From NCBI RefSeq assembly GCF_009914755.1, contig NC_060947.1: 64,000 nucleotides of DNA; one strand, 5' to 3'. Made by a program: the position numbers and the translations under genes. A model generated the notes under the pieces. It was not told the DNA's origin, did not search any database, and was given only the letters and a program-made list of their open reading frames with translations. Below, piece by piece: positions 17,289 to 39,888 of this stretch. Numbering within the stretch: position 1 is the first letter of the stretch; every line of letters begins with the position of its first letter. The stretch is from the human T2T-CHM13v2.0 reference genome, Homo sapiens.

Positions 17289-19058
17289 TGGGAAATGGGA
17301 GGCAAGAAGGTAGGGAACTGTCACTAGGGCAGTTCAGCTGGTTGTGCTGAATAGTGTTTTTCTCACCTAGAGCTGCTTTTAACAACCTCATACCTAATGG
17401 CATTTTAAATTTTATGTCTGGCCCCAGAAAAAGGTTTGCCTGTAAAATAAATTGAACATGATTGAATAGAAAGTATAAAGAAAAAAAAAAAACCTTCCGT
17501 ACATCTGGTTTAATTAATTTACAGTCCTCTAGCAAAGTGTCATTAAAGGCATTTCTGATCAGATCCAGATTGGCAGCAAATCCAAACCCATCATTTCCTC
17601 TCTCCTTTTTTGCCTCCCCGCATCTCTCCTTCTTAGGTTAGAAAAGGATCTGTTTGAATTAGCCAAGGATATACTACGTTGTAGATGGTGAGGGCAGAAG
17701 TACATTAAGCAGAATTCAGCATAACTCTCTTTGGCCCCCAGAGTAGCTTCAGGGGGCAGGGCCATTGGTGGTGGTGAGGTTGTGGGGAGGGTTTGTGGTA
17801 TGTAGGGATAACCTTCCTGGCCCCTTTCTGTAAGCTGTCACCAGATCTGGAATGTTCAAATCTTGCTGTATCACTGCTCTTTTTCATACAGACCTATCAT
17901 TACCATTCAGGAAGAATTTCTGCAATCTATATACGTTCTCATTTAATGGGATATTTACAAATTCTGAGCCTTCCTTATCTCTGAACCAAATTCAGCATTA
18001 CCAATACTGCCAGGTATCCTGGAACAACATCTCTTTTTCCATTTCCTTGCAATCCGTTTATCATTTTCCTTCTTCTCCACATGCCAATACACTCTCTAAT
18101 TTCTTTGTATCTGGGTGGTTATGATACTGCCCTGTTTTTGGAGGGCCACAGTAACAAATTCATTTCCTCGTGAGTATTTGTTCTTACTTATCCAAATTAG
18201 CCTTATGGAAGCACTTGTAACAGATAAACATTTGCTTTGGAACTTTGTGCTCTTACCTTAAAGGAACTAGCTTTAAGCTTTGAATCTGAAGTAGGAATAG
18301 AGATAAGAAAAAAAGACTTTCCACACTAAAGAGACAGTTAACAAAGGCTGAGAAGTGGGAAACTCTGAAAGGTAAGGGGCACCGAATTGTTACATTTAAT
18401 TGGATTATTGGATAGATAATGAATTGTGAATGGGGCAGTTTAAGATAAGACAGAAATGTCTATTGAGACCAGACCCCTCTGGGTCTTGAGTACCTAAGGA
18501 AGAAGCTCTTATTATATGTATAAATAAGGTTCTTGAGTAGAACCCCACTGAAAGGCTGCTTGCTGACTTGAATAAAAAGCCACTGTTGAATCACCAGGAT
18601 GATCTTGCCAGTTACAAAACCCTTGCCTTGTGAAACTAAAAGTTTATTCCTATAAAGTAGAAATAGTCATAGCTGACTCTGTATGGGAAAAAATGAAATG
18701 AGCATTTATGCAAAAGCTTGAAGCATGCACCTGCCTTTCAGGTTTAATCCTTGTGTCTCATTTGGCAAACCAGTTGTACCCTTTGTCTGAAACACTCCTG
18801 CACTTCATCTGAATGGAAACCCTTTCATTTCTGTTATGAGATTGAATAACCAGGTGATTGGAGGAAGACTACAGTTAAGTGTGATTTATAGACAATAGAT
18901 TTTGCCAGAGGAGATTTTGAAGCTATGTAAAAATTCTTTTTATTTTTTCATGATATTTACTAAGGTTTTATCGATTTCAGATTCAGTCTCAATATAAAAT
19001 AGTAATAACATTAGTGGTACAAATTTCATTAGCACATACTTAGATGTAAGAAATCATA

Positions 19059-19412
<354 letters not shown>

Positions 19413-19931
19413 TTAGAGGTTAGTTGTTTCTACTGAGTATGTTTGCCATTTGGAGATCTGGCATTTGGGGAGTATTTGTGCTTCAGGTGGCTTGAAAGGC
19501 AGATCTTATAAGTTTATAACATTGTCATCTATTTTCAATAGGTTTTTGATATTGAAAGGAATCATTTCCAAACAGTATCACTACTGTCTAAACACTGAGT
19601 AGTTACACATACATATTAGCAATGACTAAAAAAATACTGTTTGCAGCAAGGTTGGAAAGAAATAGAATGATCTAGGCATAAACCACATATCTTCCTAATT
19701 AAATGAAACAGTATTTCATTGCTGCTTAACCTACTCTTGTCTTACAGATTGACCTTGACTCAATTCCAGGTCAGAAGTCTTCCCACACTGTGCTTATTAA
19801 GGTCTCTGGCATTTGAAATGGCAGAGCTGCTCTAATCTTCAAATCCCATCGCTTTACTTTGCTTGCTATACTCCCTTTTCCCTCACTTCTGTACAGCCTA
19901 CAAGTCTTATGTGTTAAAAAGCCTCTGCTAA

Positions 19932-20470
<539 letters not shown>

Positions 20471-20526
20471 AAGCCTCTGCTAGCAGATTTTTGATCAACA
20501 TTTTCTTTTATCAGTGGCTTGCTCAA

Positions 20527-20831
20527 TTTTATTTATTTATTTTTTTTTTGAGACGGAGTCTCGCTGTGTCATCCAGGCTGAAGTGCAGTGGCGTGATCTT
20601 GGCTTACTGCAACATCTGCCTCCTGGGTTCAAGCGACTCCTGCCTCAGCCTCCCGAGTAGCTGGGATTACAGGCATGAACCACCACACCTGGCTATTTTT
20701 TATATTTTTAGTAGAGACGGGGTTTCACCATACTGGCCAGGCTGGTCTCTCGAACTCCTGGCCTCAGGTGATCCGCCCACCTCAGCCTCCCAAAGTGCTG
20801 GAATTACAGGCATGAGCCACCGCGCCCGGCC
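20527..20831 (-). mobile_element. AluS
   Basis: Alu consensus, TSD CAATTTTA. Confidence 0.95.
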
Positions 20832-22153
20832 AATTTTACATTTTTTATACCCAATTTTCATTGATGCATTCTCAAGACTTAAATAATAATGAAGTGCCTG
20901 CCCATATGTAATATTTCCTGATACTCCATGGGCTTTAGCGGTAAGGTAACTTTGTCATATAAGAACCTAAAATAACTGTAGTTACACTTTTAAAATAGCT
21001 TGTTTTGCTAGTGTTGCTATAGAAAATGCTTTATAAATAACATTTCAAGAACTGTGTTTCTCTGAATCTCCTTATCGTTGCCAGAATGTTTCCCAGTAAC
21101 TTATCTGTATCTACAAAGAAAGTGCTATGTTTAGATACTGGTCAGTTCTAAGTCATTTTCATTGATGACAACATTAAATATAAGTTATACAAAATAGTAG
21201 ATATTCCAACTAAAATTTTATCTCTTCTTTGTGAAGGATCTGTTTCAGTCCTTAAGAAATAGAGTCATTTGAATGGGAAAACCTAGAAACAGTTTTAAGG
21301 CCCAGGGTATGGTGAAGTCACCAACCTGTTTCTTCTCTGCCAGTTCTAATCTTGACATAACAAGAAAGTTACTGGACAATCAATCATGACCTTTAGGGGT
21401 GTGGGGGAAGGAAAAGAAAAGACAAGTTTAGGCAGCTCCTCTATTTCTAAAGAATGTCATAGAGAAATTTAAAGAAATCCTTGCTATACTTTACCTGGCC
21501 CCCTCCTGGATTAACTCATGAGGCAAATGAGATTTCCTCACTCTGAATTTGCAAAGCGACAAAATTTCCACCAAAGAATCAGCATGAATGGGATTTGAAG
21601 AATGGAATAAAAAGTGAATTAAATTACTGATCACCCTAATTTTCAATACTCATTCATTCATTCAGCAAAAATTTATTAAGTGCCTCCTAATCTGCTAGAT
21701 AGTGTTGTAGGTTCTGGAAATACCATAGTACACAGATAAACATTTCTGCCTTCCTGGAGCTTATGTAATAGTAAGGAAAAACAGATGAAATAAAGACATT
21801 GCAAAGTATGTTCAAAGGCGATAAATGCCATAGGGTATAAAAGTGAAGAGGGAGTTTGGTGGTATGTTCGTATTTTAGATAGCACAGAGGGAAAGCCTTA
21901 TTGACTTGGTGAGTTCTGAATAAGGATCTAAAGAAAGTTAAGTCATGCAGATATGTGGGGAAAGAGCATTCCAAGCATTCCAAATGCAAAGACCCTGAGG
22001 CAAAAAGCTGGTGTGTTCCAGGAAAAGTAAAAGTAGTGAGTCCAGTTGCCTGAAGCTCATGAATGAGAGGGAGAGTCGTAGAAGATAAGGTAAGAAAAAT
22101 TGTGAGGGGTGGAGGGAGTTGTACACCCAAATGATATAGAAACTTATGGATCT

Positions 22154-22507
<354 letters not shown>

Positions 22508-22734
22508 TTAAAGATGAGAAGCCATTGAAAGGTTTTGAGTGGAGGAGAGACATGCACTCAGTTAGGTACAAACAGAATCACCCTGAATAATGTGTTAAGA
22601 ACAGACTGATAAGCAAGGCAGATGGGAAGCAGGGAGACCCATAGGAAGTAATTGCAATAATCTAGGAGACTATTGCAGTAATCTAGGCTAGTATTAGTAG
22701 AGGTGATGAAAAGTAGCCGAATACCTAGATATGA

Positions 22735-23717
<983 letters not shown>

Positions 23718-23719
23718 AT

Positions 23720-24110
<391 letters not shown>

Positions 24111-24327
24111 CTTTTTGAAAGTAGAATGGATAGAAGTTTACTAAAATTATACACTAGATGTGTGGGATATGAGAGGAGTGAAGGAAAATTCCCAAGGCTT
24201 TTGAGCTAAGCACATGGTAAGAATAGAGTTGTCATTAACTGAGACAATGGAGAGCCCATGGCTATTAATTGGACACTTCTGAGCTAGTCAGCTTTAGTTT
24301 ACCGAAGTCTAAATTCAGGCAGCTTTT

Positions 24328-24701
<374 letters not shown>

Positions 24702-25027
24702 TCATTGTAGATCCATCCACATTGCTGGCAAAAATAATCAAGCTTTCCTGTTACACTGATTGATACTGGGTCTGTGTGGTCATCTTCTTATAAGAAATAT
24801 GGTCATCTTCATAGAAAAATAACTTTATATCTTTTATATAACATGGTTTGAAAAATGTGATTTCAACTTTGTCATCGTGCTGCTTCTTTCAACTTTTATT
24901 GTCTAAGCTCATTTTCTTCATTTTATTATATTCTTTCATGACTTCCTCTCACTCTAAATCAGTTAAGATTCAGCTAGAATATATGTTGGTACATACAATT
25001 TGGAAAGATTGTCTTTATGTTCTGTGA

Positions 25028-25370
<343 letters not shown>

Positions 25371-25544
25371 TGGCTTTACTGTTTTGTAAAACTGCTTTCA
25401 GGAAGTAATTAAGGTAGATACACACAAGCCCAAGTTGAACAACATTATATCTCACTTACTTTGAATGGCCTAGTCAGGAATATTGTATATATCCATAAAC
25501 GTGAAAGTAAAACATTTGACGATGTATTTTCTTTAGGTGTATTA

Positions 25545-25862
<318 letters not shown>

Positions 25863-26589
25863 GGTATGAGGCCAGTTCATCACAGTAAAAAATAATATTG
25901 TGGAAAATCTATAGTGTTGAGTTAGATTCAACTTAGAAATTAGCAAACACTGATAACTACTTGTCAAAAATGCTGATAATGTACTTTCAATAGAGGTCAC
26001 AGTATTTGTCTAGAATGAGTTAAAGATAAGAGTCTATACCTTTGCTGTGACTTTATCTTTTTGCCTGACTAGTGTCTCTTTGATATATATCTTTCTATAC
26101 TGTAGGGGCTGATTTCTTCTGCGTTTGAATTTATGAGGCAAATAGAATTGGACTGAAAAGGTGTTAGAGAATTTAGAGAAATACTTAAATGAATCACTCA
26201 GTTTGTTTAAATTTAGAAACAATAAAAGCTGTTTGTTCAGGCTACTATTTTCAAGATACCATGTTGTGTATGAGCATAAATAGTGCCCCAGGTTGCTGGA
26301 AGGCAGGCTTGGTTTTGTTTTTGAGAAATGTTTTAGTTGAACAATTTTTAAAAGAAGAATTGATCCACATGTTTAACATTTCACTCCCCCAGACCAGCCT
26401 GGGCAACATGGTAAAACAGGAAAGGAAGATGAGAAATAATATTCTCCTATTATTATGGAAACATACCTTTAATATATGGCCATTGACTGAATGCTTAGTT
26501 TTACTTATCATTCTCCTTTTTTGTTAGACTCTTAGCCTTCTTCTCCCTGCCCTTAAAGACCCTATAAGAGAGAAAAACAGGTATACAAG

Positions 26590-26762
26590 TCAGTTGCCAT
26601 GGTGCACAACTGTAGTTTCAGCTATTCAGGAGGCTGAGGCATGATGATTGCTTGAGACCAGGAGATCTGGGCTGCAGTAACGATCATGGTGCCTGTAAGT
26701 AGCCACTGCACCCTAGCCTTGGCAAGTGAGACCCTGGCTCTTGAAACAACAAAACAAAACAA
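26590..26762 (+). mobile_element. FAM (fossil Alu monomer)
   Basis: Monomer keeping 7SL-like CTGGGCTGCAGT..GCCTGTAAGTAGCCACTGCAC. Confidence 0.7.
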
Positions 26763-27791
26763 GTACACAAATAAAGCAAGTAATATAAGGCATGATATGG
26801 CGTAACAGAGATGCTTTTGTGTTTTAAGCATTTTTACTGGAGATTAATGAGTGGATGTGAATTTTAAGGTGTGCTCCAAGGTACCCAAGGGGTTTCCATC
26901 AAGATGCATCAGAGGTTGCTGATGGGATTGGAAACTTATCCCCTTTACCCCCACTCCTCTACACACATGCTCACACAGAGCAGCTCCACTTTTATCTGTT
27001 TTATAAATTGGGTTTTTGTGTAGCACTGTGAAAAGAAAGTGTTCTTTTTGTTTGTTTGTTTTGGGTTGGGATGGGTTTGAAAGTGTTCTTTTAACCATTT
27101 TTTTTTTTTTTTAAACCACAGCTGTAATAGAAAGAACACGAGCTTTGGAGTAAGAAACATCTGAGTTGAAATTTTAGTTTTGCTCTTAGATGATGCTTAC
27201 CTCATCCATCACCATAAGCTCTTCCTTGTTTCTCAATTTTGATCTTCATTTTGAGTATCAAATGAGAGATGTGTAGAGTGCCTATTGCATTGACTGATCA
27301 AGGATTCCTGTTAGATTGGAAAACTGTGAGTTCTATTAAACTATTTTTTATATCATAGATATTATTTTAAAACCTTGAGAAAAGCAGGTTCACATATTTA
27401 TTAAGCCGATGATTACATTTTTTAACTTAGCCCAAGTTTCTTTATGTAATTTGGCCTAAATATATCTGAGATCCTTTAAGCCATCTATCGATATTTGTAC
27501 TTGATCATCGCATCATAGTGATCTCACGATGTTGAGATGTTCAACTCCTGAGCCCTTGGGGTAGCCAGTGCCCTCTAGCGGGTTGGTTTGCCTTAGCAAC
27601 CTTGAGCAGCCTTGTCCGTTTACCCTAGTGTGCCATGTAAATAATATCATTTCCTAAATATGCCGTGAAGACATTGATTTAAAGAAGCATAGATGATCCT
27701 TCCTGTTCTGTTTTTCTCCTCCTCTGTTCTTTCTCTTCTCACTTTCTTGTCTTCAAATCCCCTGGTTTAAGGCCAAAGAAATCAGTAGACT

Positions 27792-28181
<390 letters not shown>

Positions 28182-29256
28182 TTAGATAGACTTTATTTAC
28201 ATATTAAGGAAAAAAAACATGTTTTGACAAGTTGACTAGTTTCCTCCTGGGTTTCCATTTTCCTTGAGCAAAATCTGCAACAGTCTCATGTAGATGGGGT
28301 AAATGGGTTTATGTGTGGGGGTCCATGCCACATGAAGAAGTTAGATGTGCACTAGCTTCCATAATAGGAACAGCAAGAATTGAAACAGAAAGGAAATAGA
28401 AACCAGTGCAGGGTGTCTAGGCAAGATGAGAAAGCAAATTGCTTGGAATATGAATTGCATGATGACTATTGTAATGCTTCTATTATTTTCTGAAAAGTAA
28501 GAATGTCTTTATGTTGAGCTTGAACCAGAAGGATTACTGAGTCCATTCTGTGTTCAATCTGTAAAGAAATAAACTAAAACAGGTGAACATTGAAAATGTT
28601 ACAATGTCATAATTTGTTTTTTTTAGCCCAATCACCACTTTTCTGATTGCAAAGTAAGTCCTTCAGTCAAATCCATTGTTTGTCTGTGGTTCTTATGATT
28701 AACTTCCTTAAACTCAAATAACGTTTGAAACTCAACATTTTAAGGATGTTTTTAAATAAGCATTATTCTAACGGTGCAAGGACATTTTTTAATGCCTTGC
28801 CTTCTCTTGCCTAGGAAATAGAAGGCAGAATTAAGACTTGAAACATCATTTTCCTTTCTTTTAAGTGATGATTCAGTATTTTAGTTGATTGTAAACAGAC
28901 ATTCCTCTTTTGCTTATGATTACCTGATGATAATTCAAGTTAAATCATTGAGATAATAAATCTCATACATTGATTTGATGAGAGAAATCAGTGTTAACGC
29001 CAAACCATGTTGAAATTGGTCTTAGAGATATAAGCCATTTTGCAGGAGTGTGTTTTTGACTAATCATGCCAGAGAGAAATTAATCGAATTGTGGAATATT
29101 ACACTTTGCATTCATGAAAGAATGTGATAATGCCACTACTCTTCAAATGCATGAATGTGACTGAAGGGAACAGTAATTATCTGCATTCCTTTCTACTTTA
29201 GGAGCCAGTGTATCCTGACCTTGTCCGTGATTGTAATCACCGTAACTTGATTAGAG

Positions 29257-30282
<1,026 letters not shown>

Positions 30283-30822
30283 TAGTGGTAAAACAGTAGC
30301 GACATTAAACTTAGGTAAAGCTTCTCAGTGATATTATTAATAGAATCAGAAATAAATGACGTTTTCTTATAAGGATTCAAACACAGAAAATCTTCAAGAA
30401 ATACCAGTAGCTGTATTTTTTTTCCCTTCTGAGCCAAAGGTTAGATTGGGAGGACTGTATTTTGATAGACTCCTTACGACATTTTAAAATAAATTCTTCA
30501 GATCTAGAAAGTTGACTCTGAATATTTTCCATTCATAATTTTGAGAATTTTCTAAAATTGATGAGCAAACAGTTATGCAGTAAGAAAAAGATTGTATAGA
30601 AATTGATAATTTGTTCTCTTTCCATTTATCGCTGATGCTCCCTTTCTCACTTCTACAAATAAAAAGTTTCAAATCTTTGTTCTTTGTCTCTTCCATGGCA
30701 ATATAGAAGTTATAAGGTAATAAATCAAATTTGGAAAAAGATCTTTTTTCCTACTCTAATTGTAGGGCTTTAACTCTTATAGAGAATCAGAACGTTAAAG
30801 TACTTCTCATATAAAATTCCCC

Positions 30823-31116
30823 TTTTTTTTTTTTTTTGAGACGGAGTCTCGCTCTTTGGCCCAGGCCAGACTGCAGTGGCGCTATCTCGGCTCACTGCAA
30901 GCTCCGCCTCCCGGGTTCATGCCATTCTCCCCTCAGCCTCCCAAGTAGCTGGGACTACAGGCGCCCACCACTGCACCCGGCTAATTTTTTGTATTTTTAG
31001 TAAAGACGGAGTTTCACCGTGTTAGCTAGGATGGTCTCAATCTCCTGACCTCGTGATCTGCCCGCCTCAGCCTCCCAAAGTGCTGGGATAACAGGCGTGA
31101 GCCACCACGCCCGGCC
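30823..31116 (-). mobile_element. AluY
   Basis: TSD AAAATTCCC. Confidence 0.95.
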
Positions 31117-31191
31117 AAAATTCCCATAATATTATTTCAAAATAGAATTAGTGCCTAGTATAACACCTAGTACTGAGTAGGCACTCAGTCA

Positions 31192-31593
<402 letters not shown>

Positions 31594-31777
31594 TTAAATA
31601 TACTCTTGAAAGACTATGTTTTTCTGCTGCTAGACATACTACTTTGTAACCAAAAAAGCATACTTATTTGTTTTTGTGAAACATTCACAACATAAATGGT
31701 TAAACAGCATAAAGGACCGTATGTTTGAGTGTTACCTCTAAATTAACTAACTGTAGGCACTGAAGGATTTCCATGAA

Positions 31778-31845
31778 CACAGGACTTTTAGTACTAAAAC
31801 TAGGGGGTCTATCCCAGGCAAACTAGAACAAACTGATCACCCTTA
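31778..31845. mobile_element. MER94/MER81-like relic
   Basis: GGACTTTTAGTACTAAAAC...CCCAGGCAAACTAGAACAAACTGATCACCCT. Confidence 0.5.
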
Positions 31846-31862
31846 AAATTATCTCTCAATTT

Positions 31863-32172
<310 letters not shown>

Positions 32173-32865
32173 TCAAGTTGAGGCTGCCTTGAATGTAGGT
32201 TAAGCTTTCTGGATAACTTCTTACATTAAAATTTTTGGATAATTTACATTACAAACTGAGTCAAATGAAAGATCTTTTATTTTACTTGAAATATATAACA
32301 TATTCAGCATAGAAGGAGTAAAAAGAAAAGTATAAAAAATATTTTCATTAAAAGCTATGTCTTTAATTTCTGATGGAATTAGTAGAGATTTTATTACTAA
32401 TTCATTTAGTATTTATGAGTCCACTATGGTTGTCAGTTATCCTTTATGACATAATTTATAAGATTACTGATAGGAGCACATTTTCTAAGCTGAAACATTT
32501 AGAATACCATTATACAATTCTTTAATAGCTGGAGACGGAAAAGAGAGTGCTAGATGGAGAATTAACCTCTGAATCATGTTATGCACTAGGGACTTAGGGT
32601 TACTTTTGGAGTAGTATGGAAACAAATTTAAGAATAGAGTGTGCAGTATAACTTTATAACACGGCTCATTTTCAGTGTCAGAGATCAAATAAATAATGTG
32701 AAATATAGCATTACTGTGCAGTAGAAATCCAAAATAATGCAGGTAGCATATGATATAGGCATTATCATACCCCTTAACGCACAACAAAAGGTGTTTATTA
32801 TTATCATAATGTTATTTTCCCTAATATTTATTTGCTTTAATAAATTATTATTGCAAAATAAGTAA

Positions 32866-33277
<412 letters not shown>

Positions 33278-34305
33278 ATGTATGTGTCTTAAATGGCTAT
33301 TTGCCAGATCTTTAAAGTTGCCTTCCAATTTTGGCTGAGAATCATCTTAGAAACTGTTTTGATTTCAGGCATATATATACAAATGACATGCTAGTTTATA
33401 CCTTTAAAAGTATATTTGCATGTAGCATAATTTGGAAGGACGTATTTTTATTAAAGTATTTGGATTAATAAATGTTAATGTCAAATCTAAAAGCCCACAG
33501 CAATGGAGTTGAAAATTTAATTTTAACTAAATTTTAATGTATTCATCAAATATGTGTTCCACAGTATTTAATGAAGATATATTGTTTATAATTCACACTT
33601 TGCAGACCCCTTTGAAGACAATAAAGGCATACTTTTAGGACAGAAAATATTCTACATAGTTTGTGAATTGGAGCCAATGTTCTCTTGAGTTTATTCTTCT
33701 TATTTTTAATGCAATTTAAAAAATGTATTTAGGGCACATTTCTGTAAGTTTAAGCATATGATTCTTTATGGGAGAGTAGAAAAAGAAATCAAATATATTT
33801 TGCGAGGTGGAAGAAAAGCTGAACATAGGATATAGAAGGGGCAATGCCAAAAGGAAAGGAAATGAGGATGGGGAAGGGCCATATTTTTAATTACTTCCAA
33901 AGGGCACTGGTGTATGTTTTATAACCATTCATCTCTGTTTTTATGAAGCACTAACTCCCTGAAGCACAAAAATTACATGTGTGTGCCTGAAGGCATACAC
34001 AAAGAAAACACCAGAAACCATAGCTGACTCTTAGTCACTGGTTTAATATGTACAGTTTTGGAGAGGTCTGGGAGTCTATCTGAATCTACTGATTTTGATT
34101 AGTTTTTAAAGAATGAAAAAACAAACAAAAAAAAACCCTTTCACATGAAACCTACCACTCAAAATTTAAGTTGGATTAGAGATAGTGCTTTGAGATTTCC
34201 TTCCTGACTAAAAAGTAGGTTGTTGATAGCAAAAGATCTTTTGCAACTCTAGTATTTGCTGTAAACTATGATATATTCCTACAAGTACAAATAGAAATAT
34301 TTTAA

Positions 34306-34737
<432 letters not shown>

Positions 34738-34738
34738 T

Positions 34739-35430
<692 letters not shown>

Positions 35431-36202
35431 TTATTTGTGTACTCAGTATTTAGATCTAATTTGACTCTGATAATAACCAACTTTAAGTGAAGCAGCTACC
35501 CTTTGGTGCCTACAGATGACTCTCCTTTCAATAAAACATATTTAAATAGATGACAGTGATATTTTCTATGATATTCCCATTCGAGAAGCCCCTTGCTGTG
35601 GTTCTGGCAAGGCTTCCACAGCAGGTGATGTGGGGCTCATGAGAGGAGTGCCTTACTTACTCCTATAGAAAGCTATAATAAAAGGAGCAAATAAATACCT
35701 CTTGTAGCTAAGAATCTGATGTACCACTTAATATTTTCAGGTGGCAACTGCACTGTCATTTCATATAAAATTCCTTTCATTAGCTATAAAAAACATTGCC
35801 TGCCTGCCAGCTGTTTGGAAAGCATCGTAAGATCAGGAAAATGACAAAACAGCCCCTCATTCGCAGTAGATACAATGAACTAGTCAAATAGTACATTTTT
35901 AAAATCTATCTTTTGCAAAAAGAATTTTTGCTTTTCATCTCATGCGTTTTTGTTTTTAATGACGGCATCTCAATTTTTGTTCTTGTTTTTTTCTATCTAA
36001 GCTAATAAACAGATTGTGATAGTCTGTACTCAAACACAAAGGTTCAAGAGATCTGGAAGAACCTGCATATAGTAGAGTATAAAAGGCCTGTGCAACTTAG
36101 ACTCAAATGTATCAATGCCTACAGGAAAACACCACAGGTCAGCTCTTTGTATATTCTCTAGTCAGGTAATGATAACCTAAACTATCTCTATGAGACTGCT
36201 GA

Positions 36203-36544
<342 letters not shown>

Positions 36545-36887
36545 TAAACATGTATCATTCATCTTAGAGTGTAGAAACATTGACCCTGGTGATGACCATT
36601 GTTATTTGTGCACATGGCTGTGGATGAAGAGGTAAATGAACAGCCTCCATTGTCCACTGCCTGCGTGTGGAGGAGGCTCTGTGGTTGGCCTTATGTCTGA
36701 TGAGTGCAATCTGCATCTGCAACTCTGCTTCTTATAGCCATAATTTGCCTAATAGTATTGCTCAAGGAGAGAAAATACATATCCATATCTTCAGGAATAT
36801 AGGACCATCTGGTGAGAATTACTTTTAATGGCTACATTGAATATTAGTAGTTGATTGTTAATACAGAGAGTAGGAAGGACATTATAA

Positions 36888-37300
<413 letters not shown>

Positions 37301-38510
37301 TAATGTTATTTTAGGTATTTTAGGTGTGGTGCCTAGTTTTCAACTCTTGTTAAATATTTCTTAATGCATAATTCTAAGAGGTTTCATTTAAACTTGATCT
37401 ACTTTATTTAATCTAAGGCATTTGCAGTATTGTTTCTGTTCTTTAATTTAGTAAAAGGAAAGTTAATTATTGTATTCTTTGGAGTAGGAAGTCTTTGTGA
37501 ATTTAAATATTTGTCGTATAGAAGTCTAACAAAAAATATTCTTTTTAAAATATGGTCAAATACAAATTGAAAGCAACTATATCTGTAGAAAATTTTTCAT
37601 AAAAATCATTGACTGAAGGAACAAAAGCATGTCATTGTATATACCAACCCTTCTTTATGCATTATCCACTAAAATGACATTTCAAAAGATTCACAGTGGG
37701 TAGCATATGGAATACTCCATAAACACTGATTAGATTTAATAATGTTTGTATCACTGTTTGGGAACATGTACAAGGAATGCGACCGCCATATATTATTAAC
37801 ATCAAAATAACTCAGAAGAAAAGCTCCTAATTAAAGCAGGGTTGGTTTAGAGACTTAGCAAAATTGCAGCCAGAAATAACCACCTACCCACCTGCCCGGG
37901 ACTTGGGGCTTGCTTTCATGCATGCAAAACAGACTTGATTCTTAGAGCTTCAAGATAGCTGCTATGAAAATTATAATGGGCTGTGACAATACCATTTTCA
38001 GCCCGTCCAGTTCTGCACCAAACCTAGTTTCAGAAGGACAACACTACTGCTTGAGTTGAGGTTTCAGCCAAGTAGCATCAAAGGAAAGCAAGTTTGTGGT
38101 TTGCAGTTCTGCTGAGCTGCACTCAGTGACTCTGCATGATTGATTAGTATCCTTTTGCTTTGCAAATGTGCATATATTAAGTTCAGCATTGCAGTTTGCA
38201 AAGATTCACTCATGGCCTGCCATGGTAATTGATGCACACCTGTCCTAGGGAGCAATGTATGAGTTTTTTTGTGCTTTCACATAAGAAGTCTCTGGAGTAT
38301 TTTTAATTGGTCATCTCTAGAAGAGGGAAACAGGAGCAGATTAAAAGTATACAGGAAAAGGAGGTTGTTCTACAAGCAGTTTAAAAATCTATTTGAAAAA
38401 GATCCCCACCACTTATAAGCTGAATAGTTATAATTAATTTGTATCCCTGCATTCTAAAATAAGAGTACTCAACAGGTTTTATTTTTATGGACAAGTATCT
38501 GTGGGCTTAG

Positions 38511-39299
<789 letters not shown>

Positions 39300-39566
39300 T
39301 GTTATATGTTTAACCCTTTTTCCAAGTTGACATTTCCCTGATACTTTGGCTTTTTAAATAGCATACCCTTCCCCACAATTCATTTAATGAATCCCTTCTT
39401 AATTTACTTAAAAACAAAGATGTTCCTCCAGAAGCAACCAGTTTTTTTCTGTATTGTTTAGGGATTGTGTTTTCTGGTTTTGTAATAGTATCAGAACATA
39501 TAGGTAAATATTATTTTGGAGTCTAGTTTAATCAGATCACTCTTTTGCTATAGAAATATGTTACTA

Positions 39567-39888
<322 letters not shown>

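Noticed and set aside
18011-18021. CAG|GTATCCTG as a recursive U12 site
   Set aside because: No U12 branch consensus 10-20 nt upstream
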